This document shows positions 1 to 11,800 of a DNA stretch of 64,000 nt, piece after piece. The notes under the pieces are model-generated. The model was not told the DNA's origin. It ran no database searches and saw only the letters and a program-made list of their open reading frames with translations. The DNA comes from Botryllus schlosseri. Lineage: Eukaryota. Numbering within the stretch: the first letter of the stretch is position 1; each line of letters begins with the position of its first letter. The position numbers and the translations under genes are program-made. Location: the NCBI GenBank assembly GCA_051294905.1, contig CM119372.1:9922001-9986000 (forward strand). Direction: 5' to 3'.

Positions 1-694
1 CAATCTGCTTTGTGGAATGACCAAGACCGAAAGTGATTTTCTGGTATAGCGATTGGGATATTGATCGCGTTAAATATGACGAAGTGATCGCTACCAAGTA
101 AGTGATCTGTGACCGTGGTTTCTATTTTGAGTGCGATATCTTTTGATGCAATGCATAGGTCTAATAGAGATGTGACACCAGAATCCGACGCGATGTTGAT
201 GCGAGTGCCTGCCGTGACGTTGGTAATCACAAAATCATTGCCGTCTATCACTTCGTACAGGTTCCGCCCATATCTGTTTGTACTGCTGCTACCCCATAAT
301 GGATGGTGCGCATTAAAATCGCCTACAATAATTGATTTCGAATACAGGGAGTTGAAGCATGCTTCTAGAGTGGTCTTAGAAAGTAATCGATTTGGTGGAG
401 CGTACAGGTTCGTGATGTTGATCCCTTCAACCTTGATAACTGTGCTTCTATCGGGTCCGATCCGGTCAGTTCGCTTTCTTCGTACTGTAACATTTCCTTG
501 ATAAATAAGCAGACCCCACCCCCATGGATATCTCGGTCTTTTCGAATAAGCTTATATCCACGGATTTTCGGCTTGTAACGGGACACCAAGTGTGACTCTT
601 GAAGTGCTATAATCTGCGGCTCTTCCGCTAAGCCTTCTAAAAAATGTTTCAGCTCATTGATCTTTCTATATATGCCGCGGCAATTCCATTGCAT
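1..694 (-). pseudogene. LINE ORF2 N-terminal apurinic/apyrimidinic endonuclease domain with one frameshift (partial)
   Basis: Reads MQWNCRG...IALQES...GGGVCLFIK. After a 1-nt shift near 440 it continues VIKVEGINITNLYAPP...IIVGDFNAHHPLWGS...LLDLCIAS...GSDHFVI...WSFHKAD to the window edge without stops. Confidence 0.9.
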
Positions 695-2163
695 TATTGT
701 GAAGAACGTCCTTTGTTCTTCCCCGACTTTTTCTGGACCTCTTGTACGTCTTTCGCGAGGGGTGGACCCCCACCCTCAGTCATATTCGTGATGCTGTAGT
801 TGGGCATATTTTCGATTGTTGGCTGGCTCGTTTGTTGACTGTTATGTGACTCTAGGCACTCTAACTTATCCACCTCATTTCCTCCACTAAATGTTAGATC
901 GATCGCACCTCCAATATCGACTTCAGGAGTCGCCATCATGGCATTGAGTTGGTCAACTTGGTTCCCGTTACTCTGACTGAATGCGTGATTTTTTGTCACC
1001 GGGATACCAAGATTTTCGCCCGCTGATTTTTCTATGATTGCTTCAATGTCGATGCTTCGTTTTTCTATAAAGCTTGTTAGCGTGTTTTTCATGACTTCGG
1101 CAATGAAATTAAAGATACCAGAAATTGGGATCGTGATATGATCCGCTCTCTCCTGCACTACTGAGCTCTGTTGCTGAGATACGTTTCGGCGATACTGGTT
1201 TTGGCCTGGTAGGCCTGGTACGGCGTTTTTATTCGACACGTCGGGAGTAATATCCGCAATTCTATACGAAGTAGCGCTCGGTTTCGGCAATGGTGGGAAT
1301 TCACTGAGAGGTGGCACTACCTGATCACTAATTTCGTTTTGCAACGTATTCCTTGCAGTCCAATAGTCTATGTTGGCGTTCGCCATTATTTTCTGAATCC
1401 TAACTTCCTGTTGATACCTTGGGCAACCAGTGTATCGAGCAGAGTGAGAATTGCCGCAGTTAACGCAGTGGAGAACAGTACTATCACACTTGTCATGCGT
1501 GTGGCGGTTTCCGCATTTAGAGCAACGCTGCGCGCTTCGACAATGCTTCGATTTATGACCGAAGCGATTGCAATTATAGCATCTAGTGGGTGGTTGATTG
1601 TATACGCGTGGCCTGAATCGTAAGAATCCTATCTTAACCACGGCTGGCAAGATTGTCGACGCGAAGCACAAAAGCACTGATTTACCCCGTATAGTTTCGC
1701 CGTCAGCGCGATAGGAGAATCTACGCGCGAACGTAACATGTTGGTTTGCCAACGAATGCAATATCTCCTCATCCGACATTTCTAGTGGAACGTTTGTAAT
1801 AACTCCTTTCACTTCTACTGGTCTGGTGTTGTATAATTCCGTTCGCACCTCTATTGGATTTGTGCTCGATCCGAGATCGGTGCACGACAGTAACTTAGAA
1901 ACTTGATCACTATTCGCACATTTTACACAGATATCCCCAGAAGGAAGGACTTTGACATCCTTGTAATTACCGCCTAGAACTGCGTACAACGACTTATTTA
2001 TAGTCAACGGATTGTATTGCCGAATGCGCTTATTTACACCTTTTATAATCACCGACTCATCAATCCCAAATCTTGCTGAGTTCCCTGTCGCTACCTCCTT
2101 CGAGGAAGGCCCAGGAAGATCTGAATCTGCGGAGCGCTTCTGCGCCCCGCCACTACTTGACAT
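694..2163 (-). CDS. LINE ORF1 gag-like nucleic-acid-binding protein (489 aa)
   Basis: Intact ORF with knuckles CYNCNRFGHKSKHC, CSKCGNRHTHDKC and CVNCGNSHSARYTGC, preceded by an RRM-like region (VKGVITNVPLEMSDEEIL...LPAVVKIGF). Confidence 0.93.
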   Translation of the reverse strand: MSSSGGAQKRSADSDLPGPSSKEVATGNSARFGIDESVIIKGVNKRIRQYNPLTINKSLYAVLGGNYKDVKVLPSGDICVKCANSDQVSKLLSCTDLGSSTNPIEVRTELYNTRPVEVKGVITNVPLEMSDEEILHSLANQHVTFARRFSYRADGETIRGKSVLLCFASTILPAVVKIGFLRFRPRVYNQPPTRCYNCNRFGHKSKHCRSAQRCSKCGNRHTHDKCDSTVLHCVNCGNSHSARYTGCPRYQQEVRIQKIMANANIDYWTARNTLQNEISDQVVPPLSEFPPLPKPSATSYRIADITPDVSNKNAVPGLPGQNQYRRNVSQQQSSVVQERADHITIPISGIFNFIAEVMKNTLTSFIEKRSIDIEAIIEKSAGENLGIPVTKNHAFSQSNGNQVDQLNAMMATPEVDIGGAIDLTFSGGNEVDKLECLESHNSQQTSQPTIENMPNYSITNMTEGGGPPLAKDVQEVQKKSGKNKGRSSQ

Positions 2164-2317
2164 AACTTGGCTGTTTTATATCACGCAGATATGCGATACA
2201 ACTATTGTTTACAGAGCTACAGAACGCCTAAAACTGATATAAGGCTACTGCTACGCGACTGTCGACTACGCGGCTAGTCGTTAATTAGGCGAGTCACTAT
2301 ACGAGATCACGATAAAA

Positions 2318-2351
2318 CGTCCTATCTCGACGGCGCTCAACACTCGAATGA
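2318..2351 (-). promoter_or_regulatory. LINE internal Pol II promoter: initiator plus downstream promoter element
   Basis: Minus-strand TCATTC (A+1 = 2349) and GGACG at 2322-2318, which is exactly +28 to +32. Confidence 0.7.
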
Positions 2352-4032
2352 TTTATGTACATGATATCATCTGTGAAAGTCTCCAATTATGATAAATCTA
2401 ATACCCCGAAATATAATTCTGTTGATGTATTTTGATTTAAAACAATCTTCAGCGTGTCAAAATAAGAAGTAGGTTCAATTTCTTAACTTTATAGGACGAC
2501 TGAGCCAATTTTTTTTATCTAGCGCAGACATCGAAAATATGAGATTTTAGTCAAAATAGCCCCATGGATTATCTCCAAAAATAGAGCCAATTTGAAAAAA
2601 AAACTAAGGTCATATTCGGAATTAGTGCCCTTCAGATTCCCCAAAACCACTTTTATATGTTTTGATCAGTGCTGTATGCGCAATATATTTAGATAAATTT
2701 ATCAATCATTATAGCCTTACTACTTTTTAACCCACGTGTCGACTGTACTGCGCCCTTTTTCACTATACGCGATAAATGATGCCTCACGCACAGCTTATTC
2801 AGTTGTAGACCAAACAGCAGAAACCCGGTACTGCTGTTAACTGCTAAAATGACGTCCACTGCGAGAGCTTGGCACAGCCGAAACTGCTATACCACTCGCT
2901 GCCTTAGCTATCTTACCACTTAGAAGTCGCTTAGCGCGATGTCTCTTACAAGTACGTGCCTTGATTGTGAGAATAAAGTATCATAGATACACTAGAATAG
3001 ACCGAGGCCGTTGGGTTGCTGGAGTTTTCGACGAAGTAATTAATAAGAATGAACCCGCCCGAAGTTAATAATCTGCGACAAGCTCATGAACATATATTCT
3101 TATGACATGTACGATGTTAAAAATTATAATAAGTGTCGTAAATTTTCGAAGAAGCTACTTGCTCGAACACGCAGCAATATCATTGATCAAATTCATTCCC
3201 GCGGGAGAGTTTCCCTAAACTCATAAAAATTTCAGGAATACTATCCACCTCATCTTCATGTTCCCCTATTCGGCCCACCGGATGGAGAAGTTACCCGCCC
3301 CTGATCTATACAATACAAACGAAATGAAGGTTGCAAAAACATTTTAACTTTGTAAACAATTTTGACAAAATTTTGACTTATATTAATATATCAAAAAATA
3401 TCGCCCTGCTGATAATACAACATATTTCAAATATGTATATTAAATAAATATTTACCTTTAAATGCCCCTTAACTATAGTATTCAATAACATTTATAATGA
3501 AAACACCTGACAGTGTATCGTTTATAATTATAGTTGAATCACCAAAATTATCTGCAGAATTTATCGTTATGTAGCTGCTACATCAACATAAAATACTAAA
3601 ATATAGAATATGGAGTCTCTGGACCTACAATCCCTACGTTCATTTCATCCCATAAAGGGCTCTTCTCTGACATTGATTTAACTTAAAGTCATCACAGGTT
3701 GGTTCTGAACACCTACTCCGATCGCTTACCCAACTCGAAGGGTGCGTCAAATATATTTTTGCGACAACTGTATGCATAATCATTCCTAGGATACTGTGTC
3801 CTTCTTTTCACGATCCTTGCATTGACAAGGCTCTTACACATTATTCAATTCCCAATTTCAGCTTATCGCTGTAATGATATGGATCGTGAGTTTCGGATGT
3901 GCATTTGTGCCTATTTCGATTTGGTTTGGACCTCGGATAAGGGATCGCTACAGCGGCTTACCAGACGCACGGTGGACTGCGTGCACCTTAAACATGGAAT
4001 GGTAATTGGTATTACTTTTACAAGTTGTTTTA

Positions 4033-4318
4033 CTGTGTGCGTGTGTGTGTGTGTGTTATTCATTGTGTTTGTCGACTACAATGGTCATTTACACCAGGCT
4101 GATTGTCTTTTATTATTTTTTAATTCCGTATCTGAGCACGGCTCAAGTCTAGGCTTTTTTAAGACACCCCCACGCGCGGATCAGATGGCGAGGAGGAGCC
4201 TTGTAGATAACCCTCCAACAATTAAGTAGGAATTCTGGAGTCGACCTCGGTCGGTCTCGAACCCGCAACCCATCGGTGTCGCAGCTGCGGGTAATACCAT
4301 ACGCTGTCTCGCCAAGGT
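4033..4318 (-). mobile_element. tRNA-derived SINE with (CA)n tail, in an intron of GPCR gene 1
   Basis: B-box GGTTCGAGACC, central GGAGG..GGCTCCTC block and (CA)n tail. Its 3' region (CCTGGTGTAAATGACCAT..GACAAACAC.ATGAATA) recurs at ~60650-60725 (+). Confidence 0.65.
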
Positions 4319-5381
4319 TAGAATATGCATTGGAATCAATGATTGGACGCGGTTCGATAGTACTGATATCCCGGTCGATGCTGAAGGCTGATACTGTTTC
4401 CCAATTTGGAGGTCTGGATCCAAAAATATGTCGCGTGACGTAAAATAATAAAATAATCAGTGACCTTGTCTATTATCGAATACATGATCACGTGGTGCGA
4501 TTGATCAAGAAAAAGCAATGAGATGGCTTCAAAGTAAGCAGAGAACCATCGCTATTTCCAATTGAAAATTGAAATCTTCGTTCCGCATATAATCCTAGTT
4601 CTGGAAGGTTTACTGACTCCTGTCTTGCCTGGTTCTGGGTTCAAGCATTCTCTGAGCGAAGGCACACGCAGTTGTGACGTTTAAATCATAACCCGTCCTG
4701 AACTTAATAATGTATATAGGCATATACGGATATACCTCATGAATTCTTCTGTCAAATAACAGGTACGGACAGTTTACGGTGTTCCAGAAGCTCGGGTATT
4801 CTCTGTTCCTCTATATACCTTTGATCCTCGTCCTATTTATATCTGTTCTCACTTGCCGTCGATTGTATGCTACTAACCACTCCTCGATCACGCCAATAAC
4901 AGAGAAAAAGCTGCAAAAAGAAAAGCAAGCCGTACTTCAATTGACACTCATCGTAGTATCGTTTATGGTGGGATATCTCCCGTTTACAGGTATATGTCGA
5001 ATTTACTGACTTTGTGCCAAAATATATGCCATGCGCTGAAAGTACAACCCTGCCGCAAGTTAACTACAAAATCTGATCACAAGTCAAAAAGAAGGGAAAA
5101 TCTGAGAAGTCTGAGAGAAGAACTATATCTAGCTTTTTTGGACATCTTCCTTCCAACAAAGGACAAATTTGAGAAATAAGGACTGTATGGCAAACCTGTT
5201 CATATGCCGAGACCCAGCCATCTGGTTCATGAACCACGACTAAGCCCTATAATTTCTCACACCTCATTGTAACACTGCCGGCCTTGAACAGACCACCTAG
5301 ATTACGTATATAAATCACCAGACATCTGTGATAACGGCTGTCCTGAGACTATAATCCTGCAAGATTTACTACGCTATATGA

Positions 5382-5726
5382 TAGGGTTACCATACGTCCT
5401 CTTTTAACAGGATTTGTCCTCTTTTTTGACTTTTGTGAAAGAGTCCTCGGAAAACGCCCAAATGTCCTCTTTTTTGAGATTTTGTCCGCTTTTTTGATAA
5501 TTTTGGTTAAATATAGGGCAAAATCCGACTGACATAGAGTAAATCAGCATTGAAGTGACGCTGCGGCGACTATTTCCGGAGCTGAGCCTGAAAGTTGACC
5601 TTTTTCAGTTAAACCGACCACGAAGTAGGAAAAATTTACCATTTCTTCAGGACTCTCATCCGGTATCGCAAGTTTGAAAATTGAAAAAGTGTCCTCTTTT
5701 CAGATTTCCAAAATATGGTAACCCTA
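5382..5726. mobile_element. hAT-type MITE (TAGGGTTACCATA TIR, Blackjack-like)
   Basis: 13-bp TIRs TAGGGTTACCATA/TATGGTAACCCTA, 8-bp TSD ctatatga/ctatgtga, and internal GTCCTCTTT repeats. Confidence 0.85.
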
Positions 5727-6189
5727 CTATGTGATATCTCAACTGGAGACTATACTGCAGTGGTTCCCAAACTTTTTCGGATTGCGGCACGCTAGTAAAA
5801 TTGAAAGCGGTGACGGCACACTGACAAGAGAATAATCATTGCTTCAAAAATACATTTTCACGTTTAATTACGGCTGAGTATACCTGAGTGATTAGATTAC
5901 GAGGCTAGAATACTATGACGTCATAATAGTAATCGCCACTTGAAAAGTTCCAAATGTAGCCTATCCAGTTTTTAATGCTGAGCTACGGTCAACTGGGGTT
6001 TCACGGCTCCAAAGGCGGGGCTACGTCATTGGGACTATATTTCTCTTCCATATTACATTACTCTTGGTGTAAAGGTGTATATTTTCATTAACGGAAGAAA
6101 TTTCGCCTCACTATTCGACTCGAATCATTACAATTGACACTCAGTTCCAGACAATCACTCTCGCTTACAACTTTTGATAGTGTCAAAAC

Positions 6190-7371
6190 CAGGGCTGTGG
6201 AGTCTGTGAATTTTTTCCCCCGACTCTCGAGTCTTTAAACGCACCGAATATTTTCGTCACAGAACTCCGACTCCAACTCCGACTCCAACAGCACTACAAA
6301 TTTACTCCGAAAATCATAAGTCACAGTGATGGTTTAATGACTTTCATATAACCATTAAGCATATGCAAACATATTATTCCCGATGGCATGCATAATTGTT
6401 TCATTGTGACACATCTCCAAATACTCACTGCACAATTAGCATGGAAGTATTTATTTCGAAATATCCTTCCTGTTTTCATATCTTTCAATTTTATATATCA
6501 TAGACTCTAATATATTCTATAATATGTATGAATCATTCAATCATGACATATATTCAATCCTGTATAATTAGGATTTGGATAAAAACGATAAAAGTGTAGC
6601 TCTTGTGTATGAGTCAGTGACGATTACAGAGATGTACAACTTGTCTCACTATACATTATGCTGATGACAAGCACACACTCTTTCACTACTAATAAACGGT
6701 GGCCGGAAACAAAATTTACGGAGTAGACAAATAGCATATATCTATACATGCACATTTAGTCAAGTATTCATGGACTAGGACTATACTTGCGTTCTTTATT
6801 AAATATTTGTTCGAACCAAGCGGCTGAGCCATTTATTATTTTCATTTTGTCAAGTGGGAAGCAGCGTTTGGCTATATTTGCATAAATTTTACAAGTGATG
6901 TTTCACTTACAAAACCAAACGATTTATTTACTCTTTCACAGTATCATGGCATAATTCCTAAAAAAATGCACTAATTTGTGATTGCATCAGCACTTTTGCG
7001 TTGGTCACGAAGATGCATGCATCTTGCAATGTTCTTCCTGTGCAACAGAATTGCAATCTGCGAATAATGTCCAATGTTATCAATATCGTTATTAATAACA
7101 GGGATTGTTGGTACATACGACTCCTATTATATTTATTATGAGTAATTTTAGGAGATCTTTGAAAGCACTTGCTTTCATATGAAAGAAGTTGGAGTCGGAG
7201 TCGGTGTCAGGAGCATTTTCATAAACTCCGACCGCAACTCCAGCCAGTATTTTTAACGACTCCGACTCCAAGGAGTGCTAAAATAATTTTGAGACTCCGA
7301 CTCCATTACGGAAAAATTAGCGAAATTCCGACTTCGAATCCACCGACTCCGACTCCGACTCCACAGCCCTG
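6190..7371. mobile_element. hAT-type MITE (CAGGGCTGTGGAGTC TIR, GACTCC arrays)
   Basis: 15-bp TIRs and TSD gtcaaaac/ttcaaaac. The duplicated copy (~11253-12248) lacks the left TIR and has right flank gtcaaaac. Confidence 0.88.
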
Positions 7372-7764
7372 TTCAAAACAGAGAGGTGAGGTCAACGGAG
7401 CCATTAAGACGCAAATGAGAATATAGTTTGCTTTTGCACCGATCATGAAATAAATTTGAAAGCAAACAACTAAAACCTATCCATTTATTTCTGGAAACAG
7501 CATTTCAAAAGGGCCGTTTCGTAAAACGATTCGTAATTTTAAATATTTATACATAACTTTTCAAAAATTCCTGCGATAGTGTTGTCCACGACATTCATAC
7601 GTGCAGGTTCACTGCAACTGGCGTGCAAGCATTGAGTGTTGATAAATCTAAATAGGACATCATAGCAATGGTTCTTGATCGGGGTTCCTTGGATCATTGA
7701 GCCATCTTTGGATGCAGGCAATTAGGCGAAATCAGTCTCGAGTCCTGACTGATGCAGTGGTACG

Positions 7765-8345
7765 AAGGACCGAAACAGCACTTCGTCAGCCCCCACAGGG
7801 TGATAAACTGAAATTACGTACTAAACGTACAAACTAAAAGACGTACAGGATTTCAAATTAATATTATTTCTTTACTGGTAAATAATGTTCACACAATATG
7901 GCATTTGTCTTGTGGGGCTCAGGTCGCCAGGACAGGAACGTTCGGCGCCAGCCATTTTGGTGGCTATGGACAATCAAACCTGTATGCAGGCCTATACATA
8001 TCGAAGTTTTCGGTCAGCACAAGGGCAATCCTTTTCGGACCAGGTCTTCTACCTGCTCATCGTTCTGGCACGCTTCGTGGCTTTGCTTGTTACATGGCCT
8101 ATAACTTCATATGTCTTGGTGCGTCGTGGCGCGGTAATGTTGGGGAAATGGTACCCAATAGTCAATATATTTGACATAAAATCGCGCGCGGCGCGAAAAA
8201 TCTTTTGAAAAAGTTTCATCAAATTCCAAAAAATAAATAAAATAAAAACTCTATAATTTTTGCTAATTTACGAAATAATTTTGGGCCCCCTTCGAGCTCG
8301 CCCCTCCCAATTGGGAGGGTTTGTGGTGCGGCAGTTACGGTCCTG
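7765..8345 (+). mobile_element. hAT-type MITE, CAGGRCCGTAAC family (short form); duplicate at 12658-13247
   Basis: Ends AAGGACCGAAACAGCAC...GCAGTTACGGTCCTG with flanks gtggtacg/gtggtata. Further fragments at ~16380-17290, 33480-34020, 40650-40876 and 52852-53250. Confidence 0.75.
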
Positions 8346-8644
8346 GTGGTATACGTCGTGAGCAGTAGCGTACCCATGGGTAGGGGTGCGTTTAAAACAA
8401 CTGGTGTTTTAAAACAATCTGTTCAAAACATGTTTTGCATGTTTTAAGCAACATTTTTTTTAAAGTACCATTCATTGGTAAGTTGTATAATCATACGATT
8501 ATTGTGTAAATATTTTCGGCAAATCATGTACTATGAGCCTACGGGCGATTTGCACCAGATGCAGTCGACGAATGCGATATTGATAGTTGAGCTCCCCATC
8601 GACGATCTCACTACTTCGGTAGTGCATTGAAAAAGCCCTGACTG

Positions 8645-8855
8645 AAAGTGTCCGTATGACTAGTTCTTTGTTGCCGACTTTTTGGCACGGCTCACCATCA
8701 CTCTGGGCTTTTTTCAAACACTGCTATGGCAGCGAGATTAACGATGAGGAGCCCAGCTAAACCTCCGACACATAGAAGTTGGACTGAACCGAGATTGGAA
8801 CCACCGCCATTGGTGTCGTGACGCTAGTGCTTAGCCAACTGCGCCACTCGCTTCC
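8645..8855 (-). mobile_element. tRNA-derived SINE; duplicate at ~14352-14505
   Basis: Minus strand reads GGAAGCGAG-TGGCGCAGTTGG (A box)...GGTTCCAATCT (B box), then GTCGGAGGTTTAGCTGGGCTCCTC. Confidence 0.75.
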
Positions 8856-11800
8856 AGCGACACATATATAGCCTATAGATGACCGTCGACCGTATAAATG
8901 CTGCAAAACGATTTAGTTCTGGTCAAAGATATTTTAGTCCATGGGACCATATTTACCCTATATTTTCAATTGTCAATGTCAATCCGCGGTGTCGTCACAA
9001 ATAATGATTCGTGACGTCATAGCTAAAAACCAATTGAAAACATGTTTTAAGCATGCTAGTTTTAATTTGATTTTTGTTAACCCAAGGGGTTGGGGTTCGA
9101 AATCAAAATCCCGTCATGCAGAAAGAACCTATCTCCAATATTTTAGCTCATTTGCAATTAAGCCACAGCAACAACAACTGTTTCGTTTCGTTGGAGCAAT
9201 ACGAAAGCACGTTCTAAGAAGAAGCCTCGCATTGCAAATTGGTCTCTGAAAGGGAATAGCAAAAGTCACAAATGTTTATTACTGTTCGCGAAATCATAGC
9301 GAATATGAAATCATATTTCAATGCTTTTGTTCCTTTAACAAGCTGTTGACGCTCTGCTCATTTTATGCACCAGCAATCCATAGCGATGTATTGGGTGTGT
9401 ACTTATATGTATAAATGTCGTCGAATTTATTATTAAACGTGAAGAACCACGTCCCTATATTCAGTAGGATTCGTGCACAACGTAAATATTTCCGTTTTCC
9501 AGCATATGAGTTCTGGTCGGTGCAAGATCATGGAAGTTCTCAATATTACCTAGCAGTTGACTACTACTTCGGAGCAACCGAGTATATTCTTCTGCGTTAT
9601 CCGAGTGCATGAATCCTATCTTCTACAATCTCGGCTCTACAAAGATGAGGAAGCACAGTGTTCTTTTCATTCGGGAACTATTCAAGCTAAAGCCAAAATC
9701 GAAGCGATCAGCTGAAGCCAGTCCTTATCATGAAACAGGCAATATCAATGTATAATGTTTATACCGCAGTTTTTTTCTTTACCATTATTGTACTGGGTGT
9801 TACAGAATACCCATATGTGGCCGATAAAAATGCGATTTCAACTCGCAAATTTTCACAATATCCGCTCGATATTTTGGTGTGTAAAATTATCTCAATGCAG
9901 AGTTGTGTATCATGCGATATTCGGGCTAAATCTGCCCACTGCGAAAATCCTGTTCGACCCGAAGAGGCGTATTTATTCTGAATGATGACGCGAGTTCGTT
10001 ACCATTCATATATATATGAAATAGCTTAGATGAGCTCTGCTTATGTTACTTCTTCAATAAACAGTGAAGTGATGAGTTTGTTAAACTGGTATAGCCTAAT
10101 ATATATGATGCATCTTCCATTTAAATTATCGCTTGTTTCGTTATTGTCCAAGTTAGACGTAGCCTGGATAGAGTCGTTTTCTTACAATCTGCAGGATAGA
10201 GGGCATATGCGCGATAAAGCTCAGTTGAGACCAGAAATCTCACGTTTGGGTTGTTCCACCCAAATCTGGGTTCTTCTAGCATCCCCTGGGATACTGTTCC
10301 TTGAAATCTCTTTTCAACGTTTGTTGATGGCCATAGCCTTGCCTAAAAAAGCACCAAGTTTAAGTGGTAAACCAAATGTCGCTACACTATAACGCATTGC
10401 AAAAACAAATAAACTGAGCCCGGAGACGCCGGTGTGAGTCCCGGTAAGTGAGAGTAATCTGTTTTTGGTAAGGGGAAGAAACCCTGCCCAGTGCTCTGAT
10501 CCTCTAAGACAGTGGTTTTCAATCGGGTGTCCCCGAAGCATTTTCATGGGGTCCGCGAAGCCGCAAAATAGTTGATGGGCTAATTTTTATTTTTTCAAAT
10601 TTGGAAAATCACCAGGCAGTTTCGCTTCATTACTAGTAAAACTCCAGAGCTCACATCAACAGAATGGCAGTTAGAGATGAAATATTCTACAGTGCAGACT
10701 CGTTTTAATCGCTTAATAGCCAGTAGCCAACGGATAAAAACATTTTCATGTTTGGAGATGTTTTGTTGGAGATTGCGGAAAGAATGGATGAGTAAGGTAA
10801 AGCACGGTGACTTCGAAATGTTTACAAAAATTCATTTTATCTTGTGATATATATGACCTTTTGATAACTTTAAGATAAGCTGCTGGATAGAAATGACCAG
10901 GCTTGGCTTTATTCAGGGGAGGCCAACTTCTCCAATTGGCGGGCCGGGTATGGGAAAATCAAGTATTTGGCGGGTCGGATTCCTAAATTGATACATAAAT
11001 CCACGGTTGTAACCAAGTCGCAAGGCGCCGAGTCACAAGTCAATCTCACTTTTATAGTTTTGACTCGAGTCAAGTCCGTGTCCAAGTCAACGAGCAGAGG
11101 GTCGAGTCCGAGTCATGGTATAATGACTCGAGTCTGAGTTCAAGTCATGGTATGTATGTATGTATAATTGGATATGGTGCGTATATAACATCCCCTCATT
11201 ACCCGACTCGAATCATTACAATTGATATTCAGTTCCAGTCAATTCCTCTCTACCGAGTCTTTGAGCGCACCGAAGATTTTCGTCACAGAACTCCGACTCC
11301 GACTCCAACTCCGTCAACAACAGTAGCCTACCTCAAATTTACTTCGAAAATTATAAGTCATAGTGATGGTTTAATGACTAATAACCATCAAGCATATGCA
11401 AACATATTATTTCCGATGGCATGCAAAATTGTTTCTTCGTGACACATCTCGAAATACTGCACAATTAACATGGAAGTATTTATTTCGAAATATCCCTCCT
11501 TTTTTCATATCTTTCAATTTTATATCATAGACTAATGTATTCTATAATATGTATGAATTATTCAAGCATGCTATATATTCAATCCTGTATATTTAAAATT
11601 TGGATAAAAACAAAAGTGTAGCTCTTGTGTGTGAGTCAGCGACGATTACAGAGATGTACAACCTGTCTCACTATACACTATGCTGATCACAAGCACACAC
11701 TCTTTCACTACTAATAAACGGTGGCCAGAAACGAAATTTAGATAGCAGTCAAATAGCATATGTCTACATGCACATATAGTCAAGTATTAATGGACTAGGG

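Larger units (their letters stand above)
1..2350 (-). mobile_element. Non-LTR retrotransposon (I-group LINE, I/Nimb-like), 5' portion; continues beyond the window start
   Basis: The minus strand has a ~190-nt 5'UTR, a gag-like ORF1 with three zinc knuckles, and an AP-endonuclease ORF2. The 5' end is placed at the TCATTC initiator (2351-2346). Confidence 0.93.
3862..9755 (+). pseudogene. Class A GPCR gene 1, 3' half (TM4-TM7); 1-bp frameshift in last exon (pseudogene or assembly error)
   Basis: GT-AG exons 3862-4001 (LIAVMIWIVSFGCAFVP...DARWTACTLNMEW), 4763-4989 (YGQFTVFQKLGYSLFLYIP...KEKQAVLQLTLIVVSFMVGYLPFT) and 9503-9755 (AYEFWS...ILLR/LSECMNPIFYNLGS). Phases match the paralogs. One T is missing at ~9597. 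Upstream exons were not found in the window. Confidence 0.85.

Noticed and set aside
109..501. 130-aa plus-strand ORF (also 1339-1623 and 2012-2242)
   Set aside because: Antisense shadows of the LINE ORFs.
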